Assembly: GCA_008632985.1 (NCBI GenBank)
Contig: QPGO01000180.1
Span: 97,332 to 136,013 of the forward strand
Length of the DNA: 38,682 nucleotides
Direction: 5' to 3'
Origin: Psammoneis japonica
Taxonomy: Eukaryota
The notes under the pieces are model-generated. The model searched no databases and was not told the origin of the DNA. It saw nothing but the letters and a program-made list of their open reading frames with translations. Positions 22,174 through 34,618 of the stretch are shown piece by piece. Made by a program: the position numbers and the translations under genes. Each line of letters starts with the position of its first letter. Within the stretch, counting starts at the first letter, position 1.

Positions 22174-24760
22174 ATGAGCGTGGCTGCAGACGATGTGATG
22201 GACGTGTCGGAAGGCAGCGATGGTGAGAAATTGGTGGACACGGGGTCAAATGTAGAGGAGAAGGTGGACGACTTGGAAAAAGGTGTGCAGGGAGACAATG
22301 CACAGGTTGCTCCTTGGGAAAATGATCCTTCATTCAAAACAAGAGCAAACAGCCCTGGCAAATGAGGGACCAAGTCACCCGTGTGGGATCATGTGCTTCG
22401 CTTGGCATCAGATCACCCCAAGTCAAAAGAGGGACACATGCATGCATGCACTCTCCCTGATTGTCCCCAATGATTTGTGAAGCTGGTGAAGCCCAAGGAC
22501 AAACACTGCTGCACTGCTTCTAAAGCCATCAAGCACATGAAGGACATCCACCCCGACGACCGCGCGAATGAAGCGAAAAAAATCGTGATTTTGCAAAGCA
22601 TGAAAAACTCACGCAACAGCAGTTGGATTTTGCTGTGGTGGCCAGTGAAAAAGATGATGCTCAGGTGCATGTAAAAAATCCACTGAAAGGGTTTAAGCCG
22701 TCCGAAGATGAAATGAGATTGTCATCTCAAGCCCAGTGGCGTGCATGTTCTGAGCAAGCAATCTCCTGTCGCACCTTTGCGGACAAGCATTTTGTTCAGA
22801 TGATGAAATGTCAAGCCAGCGGAGATCCAAATGCACCTGCTCTGTTGCAATGCAAACTCAAACAATGTGTGTCGGTGGAATTTACAGTTTTCATTCGGTT
22901 TGCCATGATCATGTTTAAGCTCAAGAAACAGCAGAGTTTTGGTTTGTCCCATGCCCAAGTCATTCATGATGGAGTCACTCTTGCAAATGGCAAGAAATGT
23001 CAATCAGCTGGCATGCAGTTCATTGATCCAAGGTGGATTGAAAACACAGTGATTTGTCTTGGGTTTGAGCATTCACAACACAATGCTGATGACAAGGTTG
23101 CCGAGCCACTTCAAGACATGCTCTTGTCGATCAATGCAACTTGACGATGGAGGAAGCTGTTGCTTTGATGGCATCAGACAGTGCCGCCCTTGGAGTGTCA
23201 CGGCAGTTTGTTGAAATTGAAGACACTGAAGCATGTGATGTGCATGACGGAGACAAGACAGGACAGTCTGCAGTGGGGGCATTGGCACGCTCTAAAAACA
23301 AGGTTAAAGTTGATCCATTCGAGGATGGAGCGGCTGTGATGGACAAAGCAAAATCTGCAGCAAAGTGCTTCCGATTTGACAAGTGCTTTTCCCAGTTGGA
23401 AATGGCATGCAAGGAAGCTGGCATTGCCGCCCTCAGACCCAAACTGGACATCAACGGCACAAGGATTGATGCAGGGCACCAGCCATTGAACTGGCTCCTT
23501 CATGTGCAACGAGGCGTTGCTCACTTCCACAACAGCAACAAGGATGCCTTCATTCTCACTGATGCCTTGTGGCAGCAATGGCAAGAATTTGAGGTGGTGC
23601 TCCAAGTGACACAAGTTCTTGCCAAAATGGCACAGCATGAGATGCTCTGTGCTGCAGTGCGTGTGGCCCGCTAATTCAGAAAATGACATGTGATGCATTG
23701 ACGAGCAGTGAGTTGTCGATGGTCATGCCAGAGAAGGTTGGCAAAGACAAAAATCTGCCATGATGTGAGCAAGAGCTTGCCTCATTCTCTTCTGCAGGAG
23801 CCACGTGCTGAGAAAGGGCGATCACAGAATTTGAGCAGCGATTCTTGGGCAACACCACCAATGAGCGACTCTCAGAGCCGGGCAAATTGCACTCAACAAC
23901 CGACAGCTGCTGGCTCTTCTTCTTGATCTTCACACTGCAAGGTGCACCTCTGTGCTTTCCCAAGATGTGCAAGAACGTGCCGTGAAATGTTTGTAAAAAA
24001 GCATGTCAAGTTCTGTGTGCAACATGGCAAGCACCAGCATCAAGCCAATTGGAAGAAGAGAGCTGAGGAACAGAAGAACAAGAAAGCCAAGAAACATGCA
24101 AATGAGGCTGCTGGGAATGATGATTTGAAATCAAACAGTGCAAAAGCAGCAAAGAGACGCAAGACTGAACAAGAAGGTGCCAAGAGCAAGGGCAGCGGCT
24201 CATCACACAGCATCAACAACACCGTGGACTTGTCTTTCCTTGGCAGCTCAGGGGAGAGGAGTCTGGCTCCTCTGACAGTGAAGAGGACAATGAAGAGCCA
24301 ATTGAGTCCACTTTGGTCATGAAGACAAGGAAAAGGCATCAAAGGAATTCAAAAAAGCACTCAAACGGTGGAGTCGAAAGGAAATTGAGTGGCACAAAGA
24401 GCACCCTTCTTGTGACATTCTGGCAGATTCGCCAGACTTGATCCAGGATGTCATGAAGTTGGACATTGGAAAACTGTGCAAGAAACTTGAGTTGAGTGAC
24501 AAGAATTGGAAGATGCGTGGTTTTCTCCCTGTTGTGGCCGGCTCGTCTCGTGGTCAGATTGGAGCACTGAATGCAGAAAGCTGTGCCGAGTGAATCAGCT
24601 CGATTGCACAGTTGGCGTTGCATGACAGGAACACTTTGCTTGATGAGAAGGAACTCAGAATGTTGGCAATTCTCCATGTGAATGAATCATTCATGGTGCA
24701 CATGTGAACGCATTGCAGGGATTATGTGAAGAAATTGCAACAGTGCGGGATGACAATTGC
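22174..24760 (+). pseudogene. hAT-superfamily transposase, degenerate
   Basis: BED-finger-like KSPVWDHV...CTLPDC...KHMKDIHP; IHDGVT, MASDSAA, CDVHD (CxxH), NGTRI; C-terminal GALNAESCAE*ISS...RNTLLDEKELRMLAILHVN resembling the hAT dimerisation domain. Several in-frame TGA stops, apparently from CGA. TIRs not identified. Confidence 0.82.
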
Positions 24761-26516
24761 AAAGAACAACATCAACCCAGAAGAGTGATCATGGAATCAG
24801 CATCCTTGCAGCTTCAAACATCAAACAACAAGCAAGCAACAGCATGTTTTTTGACAGTTTGCCTTGACAACGCAGGTCAGATGCATTCAAAAAAGCAGAT
24901 GCAATGCAGTTCAATCGCAAAAAAAATCTTGCCTGCAGCACCATCACCTGCGCAGTGGGCACTCTTGCAGGGGCCAATCGCTGTTGCAATTGCAATCAAT
25001 TGTTGCACGTGGCAATCACTTTGCAATTGCAATCTTTCGATTGCTGCAAAGCCTGGTGCAATTGACGGTTGCAATCCTCAATTGTTGGGAGGAAGTCAAC
25101 GATTTTACAATGCTGCAATTGATGCAAAAGTGGCTCCAGCACACCCAGCAATGAGGGCCAGGGTCGTGAGAAAAATGACACTCAACTGTGCAAGGGTGCA
25201 CAACCAAACAGATTAAACACACTGCAACAGTCCAAAATTGTTGCACAAGAGCCAGTTGAGTTCCAAGCAAAGCCATCATGTGCAAATGATGCAAAAGCAG
25301 CATGAGGTCAGCTCCAGTGCCTTGGCTGCCAAAAATGAGGGTGAGGGCAAGATTGATCATGCTCCTCAACTCCAAGAGCACACGCGGCCAAACAAGTTGA
25401 ACATCCAGGCATTTTTGTCAGTTTCCAAGTCTGACCATCATGCACAAATGATGATGCAAAAGCAGCTCCAATGGACCCAACAACAAGATTGCCCTCAACT
25501 GCATGGAGACACATGACCAAATGAACCAGGCACCCAACATCAGTCCAAATTGTCATGTGCAAGCCAATCCAGGTGTTTTTGTCAGGTTCCAAGTCCAGCT
25601 GTCATGCACAGTCAATGAGAAGCAGTTCCTGATGCACCCCAGATTGACCGACAATGCTGGTCACTCAGGTTGAGCTCAATCCAGCAGCATGTCACTCACA
25701 TGGCACCAGCAGTGTGAACAATGGAACATTGGCATCTTGACCCACCAGAACATGAGATGAAACAAACAACTCTGAGCAAGACAAGGGCAGGCAACAGGCA
25801 AAACCATCAAAACATGACACTGCACCACAAGATGCACAGCTGCAAATCAACACACCCAATTTTCTCACAACAGCACCGCAGGTCCATCACACATGTGAGT
25901 CACAGGATGGGGGTTGTTGGTGGCATCAAGATGATCATCTTTGAAACAAGCATTGTAGAGACAAGCACCACTTTCACTTTTGATGATTGTTCAATTTGTG
26001 CGCTCATTGCTTGTCATTGGAAAAGCACCAGAAGGTGCGCAGCATGACAGCAGCAGCAGCTGATTTTGGGTGGATGGGCTGGAAATGTGTGCATCCACTT
26101 TTTCAAAGTCCTGTGACTCAGCCACATTGTTGGTCAGTCCAATGTTTGACTCAAGTGAATTTCAGGGGGTGGGTGAGGCCCTGTAGAGAGCAAACATGAT
26201 GCTGGTGCAACACCCCCAAAACATGTTGGCGTGGGGCCACTGAGTGGACAAAAACTTGCTGATGGCATCATTTTTTAGATGTGCTCCTTGCTGCAGCAAA
26301 CATCTGCCTCATTTTGACAACCCACCCACCCACCCACACACTCACACACACACAGAATGGTTTGAAATGACAACCATCACCCAGCTGCTGCTGCTGCTGC
26401 TGCTGTTTTTTTTGCCTGCAATTGTCAGATGCAAAATTCCAGGATTTCACCACAGGAAAATCACACGCTTTTTTGCGATTGGGCACAACAAAGCCAAAAG
26501 AGGTTGGCTGGGGAGA

Positions 26517-27560
26517 GCAGCAGACAAAATGCAGACAACAAGCAACAGAGTCCTCAGTGCTGAGCCAGCAGTCTCATGGTGGGCATCAATTGTGTGTGTG
26601 GGGGGCATTGCCATGTAGAAACATGAGGGGTGATGGTGGTGCTGTTTTGGCTCACAACAGCATGTTGTGTTTTGCAGGTTGTTTTGCCAGCTGCATCACA
26701 GTGCATGGTTCAAAAAACAGCTGAAATTTCAGCTCAACAGAGGAGAGCTTGCCTCATTTTTGTTGTGCTGCCTTTTGCTGGGTTTTTTGCTCAAAAATCA
26801 AAAAGTTCCCTTGGCACACAGGGGCTGTCATTGACGAGTGGGGAAAAATGAGCTGAGTCTTTTTCAAAAGGAGGGGCTGACACCTTCTTGGCCATCACAA
26901 AACAGCAAAATCAGGTGGCACCAGCAGCGCGGCAAGCTCTGGCTGTTTCATCTTGTGGGGTGACTCATGCTGGAATGCTGTGCAGCACTCAGCAGACACA
27001 GATTTGTGCTTCCAGCAGACAAAATGCAGACAACAGGCAACAGAGTTCTCAGTGCCAAGCTGGCAGTCTTGTGGGCTTCAATTGTGGGGGACAATGCCAT
27101 GCAGCAGAAACGTGAGAGGGGTGGTGGTGGTGTTTTGGCTCGCAACAGCATGTTGTGTTTTGCAGATCATTTTGCCAGCTGCACCATGATGCATGTGAGC
27201 TGGTTCAAAAAACAGGCTGGCATTTCAGCTCAACAGAGGAGAGCTTGCCTCATTTTTGTTGTGCTGCCATTTGTTGCTGGGTTTTTGTGCTAAAAAAATT
27301 CCCTTGGCACACAGGGGCTGTCATTGATGAGCTGCAAGAAATGAGCTGGATCTTTTTCAGAAGGAGGGGCCAACACCTTCTTGACCATCACACAAAACAG
27401 CAAGATTGGGTGGCACCAGCAGCCAACAGGCAAGCACAGCAGCGCGGCAAACTCGAGTGCAGACAGAGCCTTTTTTGTTCTGGCTGTTTCACCTTGTTGT
27501 GGGCGGGTGGCTCATGCTGGAATGCTGTGCAGCACTCAGCAGACACAGACTTGTGCTTCT
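26517..27560 (+). repeat. two diverged tandem copies of a ~500-bp unit
   Basis: cagcagacaaaatgcagacaac at ~26517 and ~27013; shared blocks tttcagctcaacagaggagagcttgcctcatttttgttgtgctgcc and ctcatgctggaatgctgtgcagcactcagcagacacag. Confidence 0.85.
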
Positions 27561-28267
27561 TGCACTGCCGCCACCACCACCTCTTGCCATCATGGTCTTG
27601 CTCATTTTTGTTTGTGGCTCACCCGTCACCACAACAGAAGTCGCTCAAAAATGTCGCGAGAGTCACAACCAACATTTTGCATGAGGAAAAATGCACCAAA
27701 TCATGTGCAAATGTGCAAAATGTCATGCAAAAGGGTGGCTGGAGCCAATGATTTTGTAGGAACTCAACTGAAACGTCGTCTGATCACAGTCATTTTGACT
27801 CACATGGTGAAGAGCAACGCCTTTGATCAGATTTCCCGAGAAGTTGACATTCAAACACGGATGGGCAGAGAGACGTCGTTTTTGCTGCACCACATCTATC
27901 ATACCGTAGAATCTGCCGCTACTCAAAAATTAAAATCAAGTCCGACATGGAAGGTGACCACCCGTGCCGTACCAAGGATATAACTACCGTATGTCCTTGG
28001 ACGACACCCACCGGACGGCACGCTACGCACGTCCCTTGTTGAAGGTTTGCCTGGTTGAAGGTGACGCGAGGCAGCTGACATCGATCTTCTCTCGCTTTTT
28101 ATTATTTTTTTCAAGTTTTTTTGCATTTTGTTTTCCCGTGCATAGTATTATCGCACCGGATGTGCCTTGGAGTTTGTTTCTATCAATAATTTAGGTATTC
28201 CATCCTTCGTCCAACCAACAATTCGTTCCCAAGTCTTCACATAGGGCTACGAGTCGCAGCATCTATC

Positions 28268-29755
28268 ATGAACGCCTCGAAATCCACCTCGAAGTCCTCC
28301 TCGGAAACCGCATCGAAATCCGCATCAAGATCCGCATCGAGATCCGCCTCTAAGGCGTTGAAGAGCACGGTTACGAAACTCTTAGTAGGCAGCGATGATG
28401 AGTTGTCGTGGGAGGAACTGTGCCGCATCGAGCGCCGTCGACGTGCAATTCTGGAACGAACAGAGCTTCCGTTCTTTCGCATTCTCTGCTTCTGGGACGG
28501 CACCGTTCTAAATGCATTATTTCACGATCCACTCATGTGGATTTGCATGATACTCTACGTCGGCGTCCGGCTTGGAGCAAGGCTCGGTGGGCTACCTGAG
28601 TTCTTCTCTGAACTAGGCGGTGCAGACATTGCAAGCATTGGAGGTTTTCTCATCTTCTTTTTGGGTACGCTGTATATTTTTGCCTTGTATTGTGGTTCAA
28701 TCGCCTTCCATTTGGGCTAGAAGCTAAACGCTGATTGTGTTGTTTTTCTGTTTACAGTATTCTTTGTTGTTTCCTGCAACAAGAGGTTTGATTCACTCTA
28801 TGGTCACTCAATGTCCTGTGAAGGACGTATCTTAGATGGAGCGGGCATCGCGAAGACAATCATGCCGAGAGATAATGCCTTTCGTTTCATCCGCTACATG
28901 AATGCCTTGGTAATATGTACTTTGGGTTTACTGATGCATTGATTCGGCTGGTCAAGGCTCTTCCTCGAGGTGGCTAATACTGTATTCTTTTTTTCTTATC
29001 AGCATGTTGCAGGGTATGTAGGCCTGTCTTCCACCTACACATTCAACAATTTCTTTGTAGAATTCAACAAGGCTAACCGAGTACTTACGGAAGCGGAGAT
29101 GGATCGTTTGCGAAAGATAGACGTAAATATGGGTGGTTCGGCCTATCGAGAACTTGTCACATGGTGCTTGGCCGAAGTAATTACGGCCTTTGAAGCAAAA
29201 TTGATTGATAATCGTCAGAGAGGCTTGCTATTTGGTGTCGTCCTCAAGCTTCGCGAGTCACTGAAAGTGATGTATGACATGGACGACCAACCGGTCAGCT
29301 TCTTCTACCTTCACTTTATCTGCCTACTCACGGCGATCTACCTCCCTTTGTTTGCCATCTCTGCTGCTCTCAATGCTGGTAGTGGCGATGAAGCACATTG
29401 GTTGAACGACATTCTTTCTGGTCTCATTGTGTTCTTGAACTGCATCTTCATCATTGGTCTTCGAATACTTGGACAGAAAATGAGTGATCCGTACGGCAGC
29501 GATGTGGAAGACTTGAGTGTTTTGCACTATGTAACATTCACATGGAGGATGAGCAGGCGCATGCTCGAAGCGGAGCTTCCGAAACCCATCGATCCCAAGG
29601 AAGAAGCAGCGCTTGTCGCCGAGAGTCAAGATTTGGTAGAAGGCGAGGCTTGGGAGGATCCATATTACGAAACAGACGAAAGCAATCCAGAAGACTTTGA
29701 CGATGAAACTGACGCTGAATCTCGTTCTTTGTATGACCGTTTTCTGGGTCGTTAG
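28268..29755 (+). CDS. bestrophin-family anion channel; exons 28268-28664, 28758-28909, 29003-29755 (433 aa)
   Basis: FWDGTVL, FLIFFLVFFV..CNKRF, QPVSFFYLHFI and MSDPYGSDVEDL motifs. Two GT-AG introns give a continuous 1302-nt frame. Confidence 0.88.
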
Positions 29756-30206
29756 GCTTTAATGCGGATGTAGTGAATCTAGGCCTAGTATGGAACTTGG
29801 AATGATGCATAATGCATAGCTGTTTGAAAGTTTTGTTCTCCGCTCTGCTAAAACGATAAAAAAGCTATGGTACTGTAGGCAAAGACAAATGCCGACAAAG
29901 GTTCTGACAGGGCTTTCTGCTATGATGTGAGTTTGAATCATTGAATTCTTTTGGGTCTTGGCCATAGCCGGGTAAAGCAAGCAAAAGCATAACCGGCGGA
30001 TTCCGGTAACCGCGGGCCGGATTTTCGATTCTGTTTTTGCGTCTATCCGTCATCATTTTTTGGCTCTTCTCGCTTCTATGTTTCAAGCGAACTTCCGTAC
30101 CGGTGGTATCTCCAGCTAGAGAGATAGGCTGTCTACTCAGAACTGCAGCAGAAAGTTTTTGTGCACTGTTCCATGGCAATGAACTTTTCTGCTACGGCCG
30201 GAGCTG

Positions 30207-30349
30207 ACTGTTGTAATTTATCCTTCTGGTGACTATTTCAGAGCCACCTCAGTCCTCTAAGGTCTGATCCTGAGGCTAAAATAGACAAGCTTGTTATCAC
30301 AATACTTTCTAAGAGTTAAAAGAGAATAATGACTGCTTCCATCATCGGC
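30207..30349 (-). mobile_element. solo LTR-like copy of the copia family at 34619
   Basis: Reverse complement aligns with 34620-34759, with a long identical core, and ends ...ttacaACA. No clean TSD found. Confidence 0.75.
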
Positions 30350-31830
30350 TGTTTTGTTCACTGCAGATGAGATTCTCTTCATTTATGCTCCGAATATTTT
30401 ATTCTGAGCAACGCTTTATATTTAAATTATCCCGACACAATGTGGGACATTCAGAGCAAATAAGAGTTAATTAAGGCGATAACGCCCACGCAGAGCACAA
30501 TCAGAGTCACCCCTGTGGTAGGGGAGAATATGGTGATGTCATGGTTACGTGGCAGTTTATATCTTATTCATTGTATTTTTATATAAATGTCCTCACATAT
30601 ATTTATGCATTTGTACACAAATGCTAATAGTAGCAGGAAAAATCCTGAACCATGTTCTCCCCTAAAACTCTAACCACCAAAAACCGAGGGGTCGGAAGCG
30701 CACTTTTGGGAGCTCTTTTTCTCCGCACAAAAAACACGCGTTTCGTCGACTCGACCATGACGACCTCCCGTTCTTCGTCCCCCACACCACCTGACGTGTC
30801 CCCGCCTGCCACATCTGATGCGGCAGTCCCTCCTGCATTGGCCGGTGCCGTCACACCCGCTGTCGTTGCCCAAACACAGCCGATTTGCCATCCGGAGGAT
30901 TTGGGCTTCTGTTCGCCGGATCCTGTGCCTGAAACACAAACACAGCGCCGTGATTGGTCCACTCCTGTCATTGCGTCCCCGGAAAAACTGGATTCTCATT
31001 CGCATCGCCGTGTTGTGGAAGGTGCTGATGAGCCTTCTCTCAAACGGTCTGGGGTGCAGCTCCGAAACCAAACCGACGTCAAGGTTCAGTGGGCGTGGCA
31101 GAGGAGCATCTATGACAGGAGGTGTGGTGACAACCTTTCTCAGGATGATTGTTCCTGGGCAGAACCTTGTCTGTCTGGAGGTGATTGAGACTCACCCAGA
31201 GCCCAGCGGAACCAATCGGAGCCAACAACAAGTGTCAAGATGAACCGCAGCAACATGTGAAGGAGGACGCAGCCAATGGAATGCGGGCAGAGAAGGTGCC
31301 GGCATGCAAAGTGGCAGCATGGCTGTCGACAAGGCACTGGTTTTGAAGGTCTGACAGTGATGAACACAGTGAGCATTTGCCAAAAGCATGTTGCTGCCTG
31401 CCTCCATTTCAGCAACATGCAAAAACAGCACGTTGTGCATCACATGCAGAATTCAAACGGCGAGAGTGGCCTCTTGTGGAACTGCACACAACGACCCAGT
31501 CCTGGAAAATGGAGTGGTGTCCAAGTCACATGCACCACTTGAAACCTTGCCAAGTCGCCTGCAAACAAATGCCAATTCGCTGACCTCTCCAACTTGAAAC
31601 TAAAAAACTGTGAAGGCATGCCTGCCATCCAGTTGTCATCAGGTTTCTAAGTTGCAGAGAGCTGCATGATGTGTCTGTACATTCTAAAGATTAGACTGCA
31701 CTCGAGAGCCAACCAAGAGGCACCATTCATGTCCATTGATGTGTCGTCCATCAGCAGGCCGTGGCTGCGTGGGTTTCCTGGCCCGCCGTCATCCGCCATC
31801 CATTGTGTTCCTTCCAAAGCAAAAACAACA

Positions 31831-32708
31831 ACAGCATCAACAGCGACTGCAGCAGCAAGGGCAGGATTGACAGTGTCGGGCATGCTGGGGGGCCGAAACG
31901 CAGGTGCGGCGTTGGAATTCGTGACAGTGTCTGTGGGAGGCGGTGGGGCGAGAATGAAAGAAGTGTGAGTCATTGGCATTTTATTGTGGACGTCATTGGC
32001 AAAATGCAATGACGACGCGTTCCAGGTCTAGGTGGGACCTCGCACTACTGAACTGTGACATCGATGGTTTTTTGAATCACGTCGTATGTCGCGCACGTAG
32101 ATTTCTACGTGATTTTTTCGACATTTTGTGTCATTTTACGGTACACTTATTGAGCGATCCGTCCAACAACTTTTGACATTTTTTGTTACAGCGCGATTCT
32201 ACAATGTCTTAAGAATCGCGTAGGGCAGGCGCATTTGCAAAAACGTCAAGTGGTAACAGGCATAATTGCACCACAAACTTGGCCATTTATTTGATGTTGA
32301 AGTTAAACATATATCCATTAATTAAATTCTCGTACTACGGAGCTCGCACGTAGAATTCTACGGGCCCAATGTCACACGGAGTCCCACCTAGGGCTGGAAC
32401 GCGTCTGACAGCATCAACAGTGCCTGCGGCAGCAAGGGCAGGAGTAACAGCATCGGGCATGCCAGGGGGCCGAAACGCAGGTGCGGCGTTGGAATTCGTG
32501 ACAGCATCTGTGGGAGGCGGTGGGGCGAGAATGAAAGAAGTGTGAGTCATTGGCACTTCATTGTGGACGTCGTTGGCAAAATGCAATGACAGTGTCAACA
32601 GCACCTGCGGCAGCAAGGGTGGGAGTGACAGCATCGGGCATGCCAGGGGCCCGAAACGCAGGTGCGGCATTGGAATTCGTGATGGCATCTGTGGGAGGTG
32701 GTGGAGCG
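31831..32708 (+). repeat. ~181-bp tandem repeat (about 2.6 units) split by a MITE
   Basis: Units at ~31831-32013, ~32408-32590 and ~32590-32708 share gccgaaacgcaggtgcggc(g/a)ttggaattcgtga. Confidence 0.88.
32014..32405. mobile_element. 392-bp MITE with 25-bp TIRs and 4-bp TSD (TGAC)
   Basis: GACGCGTTCCAGGTCTAGGTGGGAC at 32014-32038 and GTCCCACCTAGGGCTGGAACGCGTC at 32381-32405 (23/25 match). TGAC at 32010-32013 and 32406-32409. Confidence 0.9.
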
Positions 32709-34618
32709 TGCAAACAACAGTGTGAGTTTGCAGCATCTTGTTTTGTGCGCATCACACCCACGAGAACTGGAACAATGACATCACCTGTTGCATCAGTGTC
32801 ATTGGCAACGGTGTCAGCAGGATCGGCGTCCTGGGAAGGCGATGGGGAAGAACCACGAGGCATCATCATGGTCGAGTCGACGAAACGCGTGTTTTTTGTG
32901 CGGAGAAAAAGAGCTCCCGAAAGTGCGCTTCCGACCCCTTGGTTTTTGGTGGTTGGAGTTTTAGGGGAGCTGTGGAACAGGAATTTTTGCTTGTGGAACA
33001 TGCACATTCGTGTGCACGTCAACATTAAAACTCAACGCACGGTGAAGCCGTGCGTGCACAACCATGCACACACACACAGCTCCCCTGCCACAGGGGTGAA
33101 TCAGAGCAAATTTGGTTGTTCGGAGCCACAGAATTTTGTTCAGAGCATTGCACGCAGAGCATCAATTTGCAAATTAGAGCATTGTGCTGACATTCAGAGC
33201 GCTGCTGTGATTGTGTCCATTCAATCAGAGCACAACTCTGAATGATGTTTGGATGCCCGTGGAATCTCCATTTAATTGGAGCAAAGCTCTGAATGAACAA
33301 CGGACATTTGGCTAGAGCAAAGCTCTGAACAAACAACGGACGACGACAGCCTCTCCATTTAAACAGATCACAACCATGAACAAATTTGCTGATGCTCTGA
33401 ACAACTGTCATTTACGAAGCTGTGCTTCGATTGACTCTGTCAACAAACACATCCACCAAACCCTGACTGTGCCGGTGAAATCAATCCCAAGCAATTGTGT
33501 GTCACATTGCGTCGTGCGCATGTGTTGCATTGCCTTGTCATTTGTTGTTGTTGTTTCGGGTTGTCCTTTGGCGCCGTTTGTCAGATGCAGCTGACATGGT
33601 CTTTTGACAACACTGCACACACAATGCAAACCTGCAATTGCAAGAACCATTCAATGCGTTCATGCAAACCCAAACTGCCTTTCTTTGTCCAACCTTGCAA
33701 CTGCTTGATCCAAAAACAACATCACACTTTTCGCCACAGCACTTTGCAGGGAACAGTGGGTTGGTTTTGAAGCACACTTGAGCAAAATATTTTCTGTCAT
33801 CTTGATGGACCAAGGCATGGAACAAGTGAGCCTCCTCGCACTTGCACTGCAAACACAAACAAACAAACACAATTGGTTTGCGTGCGTGAACAAGACAACA
33901 CAACAACAGGCATGCCAAATCAACAATGACGTTTGCTCCATGCCTGCAAATTGCAAGCAGTTGTTTGATCCACTTGAGCCACAACGAGTGTTGTGGTTTT
34001 GTGTGTGCGCTTGTTGTTTGCTGTCTTTGTCTTTGTTGCAAACAAACAACAAAGTGAGAGGTGATGTTTCCAAGACACTGCGCACAATCCGCACGACTTC
34101 ACCATGCATTCTCACCGCTTTGTTTTGCAATGGATTTAACAATGGTTTAGAGTGGTTGGCTGGTTGAGTCTGCAAAAGAAATGCCATCATGACACACATT
34201 GAATGCCGTTAGATCAACTTCTCAATGGCAATCCGGAGCACCAACAATGCTCTCACCTTTTCATTTGCGCCATTTGCCATTGTCTCTTTGACCTTTCTCA
34301 TTGCAAACAACAATGGCTGTGTGAGACGTGTCCGATGAATTGCACAATTGGCTGCAAAACAATGTGATCTTACCATCTTCTGTGGTGCTCTCTCTGGCAT
34401 TTCAGCAACTGGGGATGGTTGAGTGTGGCATCCAGCAATGACGCCCCAAAGTGGTCAGAGCAATTGTTTCATTTGCAACTGGAGCACCGACAATGCTCTC
34501 ACCTTTTCATTGTTGCCACTGTTGGAAATGGTGAATTAAAAGTTCAAACACTGAAATTAGACAGTGCGAAGAAGACGCATGCGTCAGCGCTCATGTGCTC
34601 TACGTGAGGCACTGAAAC

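Larger units (their letters stand above)
30508..33098. mobile_element. 2.6-kb long-TIR DNA element (Mutator/MULE-like, non-autonomous)
   Basis: Termini CACCCCTGTGGTAGGGGAG / CTCCCCTGCCACAGGGGTG; second inverted block ~30657-30760 vs ~32866-32970. TSD AATCAGAGT (30499-30507) / AATCAGAGC (33099-33107); an alternative reading is a perfect 7-bp ATCAGAG with TIRs 1 nt longer. Confidence 0.8.

Noticed and set aside
21838..25100. Defined TIRs and TSD for the hAT element
   Set aside because: TGCAATC/GATTGCA subterminal-like motifs occur at both ends, but I could not find a matching terminal pair or 8-bp duplication.
18200..27750. Many 60-200 aa Cys/His-rich ORFs as novel metal-binding proteins
   Set aside because: They are a by-product of TAA/TAG and Tyr codon loss in converted repeats, overlap in all frames and show no coherent domains.
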